From NCBI RefSeq assembly GCF_028641065.1, contig NC_073386.1, positions 22,630,001 to 22,694,000 of the forward strand: 64,000 nt of DNA. Reading direction: 5' to 3'. The notes under the pieces are model-generated. The model worked only from the letters and a program-made list of their open reading frames with translations, had not been told where the DNA came from and searched no databases. The stretch's first letter is position 1. Each line of letters starts with the position of its first letter. The position numbers and the translations under genes are program-made. Source of the DNA: Leucoraja erinacea. Taxonomy: Eukaryota. Of this stretch, positions 62,955 through 64,000 are shown piece after piece.

Positions 62955-63140
62955 GACGCTCCGCGTGCTCGTGCTTGCGTTCGTTCTCTCCACAGACGCT
63001 CCGCGTGCTCGTGCTCGTGCCTGCGCTCGTTCTCCCCTCAGACGCTCCGCGTGCTCGTGCCTGCGTTGGTTCTCCCCACAGACGCTCCGCGTGCTCGTGC
63101 CTGCGTTCGTTCTCCCCACAGACGCTCTTCGTGCACGCGT
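62955..63140. repeat. Minisatellite of about 40 bp, about 4.5 copies
   Basis: Unit GACGCTCCGCGTGCTCGTGCCTGCGTTCGTTCTCCCCACA starts at 62955, 62995 (46 bp), 63041, 63081 and 63121 (partial). Confidence 0.95.
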
Positions 63141-64000
63141 ACGGGGGGGGGGGGGGCGCGGGCGGAAGGAAGGGAACGTTCGCAGCAGGGTCACGTGCTC
63201 CATTTGGCTCTCCGGCGTCACAAGCGATTGGAACCAAAGATCTTATTGATTGGAACTGTGAAGGAGGGGAGGTGGCCTCCAGTGCAAGAGTATTGCAATC
63301 ATCTTTGAGTGCAATTGCCCCACTCCCCCAGTTGTGTGACTTGCCTTTCTCACCTGAAAGGAGAAGGCAAAACAAAATCATATATTTTTTTAAACTACTA
63401 ATGCATTAGGGATCGGCATTTCTCGATGTTGGCGTGCTCCCTCTGTTTATTTGTTGTCGGGAAACGGTTATAAGTTACGCTTATTATGTTAAGGCTATGA
63501 AAGATGGGCTTTTCATATTAACATGCAGTCAAGTTCATAGGAAATATTTTTCCTGGTTTGATCTGAAATGTAACCTGGTTCCAAAGCAATCACTTTGGAG
63601 ATCACTGTTTACTGCTACTTACAACCTATGGAAAGAGTGAATGAACCATCTCAAATTTTGTGGAAATTGGTGTGGGGGAAAAAAATCCATATTTGTATAA
63701 AGTATAATGAAGCAAATTGTGAGGTGTAATAGACTTCACCTTTTGGGGAAACGAATTGATGCACACTTAATGTGCTTTTCTTGTTTTCAATTTTTTTTCA
63801 AGTTGCTGGTGTTCAGAAGTTGAAGGAAGTTCGGTTCCATTCGAGCACTATTCAAACAGCTTCATGCACTCATCAACAATAATCAATAATCAAAGACGAT
63901 TTGTTGAATTAACACTTCTTTGGAGGCTTCTTGGTTAAGTATCTGCTTCGCAGACAATCTGAAACGGGACATACCAAAATGAAAAAAAACATATCTTACA

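Larger units (their letters stand above)
62600..63260. promoter_or_regulatory. CpG-island promoter of GPBP1L1, possibly bidirectional
   Basis: The only CpG-dense region not derived from a TE. Motifs: YY1, GC box (ccccgccccc about 62927), ETS-like CGGAAG (about 63163), E-box GTCACGTG (63190-63197) and ATTGG/CCAAT boxes (63227, 63249). Confidence 0.75.

Noticed and set aside
62955-63140. Repeat array resembling a CRISPR
   Set aside because: The units are contiguous with no unique spacers, the context is eukaryotic and there are no cas genes.
62639-63409. Long overlapping ORFs (256, 189 and 153 aa) at the right end
   Set aside because: They arise from the GC-rich promoter and the 40-bp minisatellite; the translations are repetitive and resemble no protein family.

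Overview
Vertebrate genomic DNA, AT-rich and dense in transposable elements. The repeat inventory (CR1 LINEs, V-SINEs, Penelope-like elements, Harbinger MITEs) suggests a cartilaginous fish, probably a skate or ray; this is an inference. The window holds the complete minus-strand GPBP1L1 (vasculin-like 1) gene: 10 coding exons from 41441 to 10240 with consistent splice phases (469 aa), a long multi-exon 5' leader and a CpG-island promoter at about 62.6-63.3 kb. Directly downstream on the same strand are the first two coding exons of CCDC17, the same gene order as in human. Introns carry a full-length frameshifted hAT/Buster transposon with TIRs and TSD, a non-autonomous hAT, several PIF/Harbinger MITEs, CR1 and Rex/Babar fragments, SINEs, Penelope-type termini with minimal hammerhead ribozyme motifs and a 170-N assembly gap. 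The most interesting signals are: (1) the GPBP1L1 leader, with an exon-1 uORF whose C-terminus depends on splicing, about 20 uAUGs and a structured stop-free zone ending TAA-ATG; (2) a GC-rich retroelement family sharing a covarying hairpin but with different 3' tails; (3) a SINE with an apparently self-templated 68-bp inverted duplication; (4) a 40-bp promoter minisatellite. There are no prokaryotic features or CRISPR arrays, and most listed ORFs are spurious. All calls come from manual reading; family names are from recall and were not database-checked.
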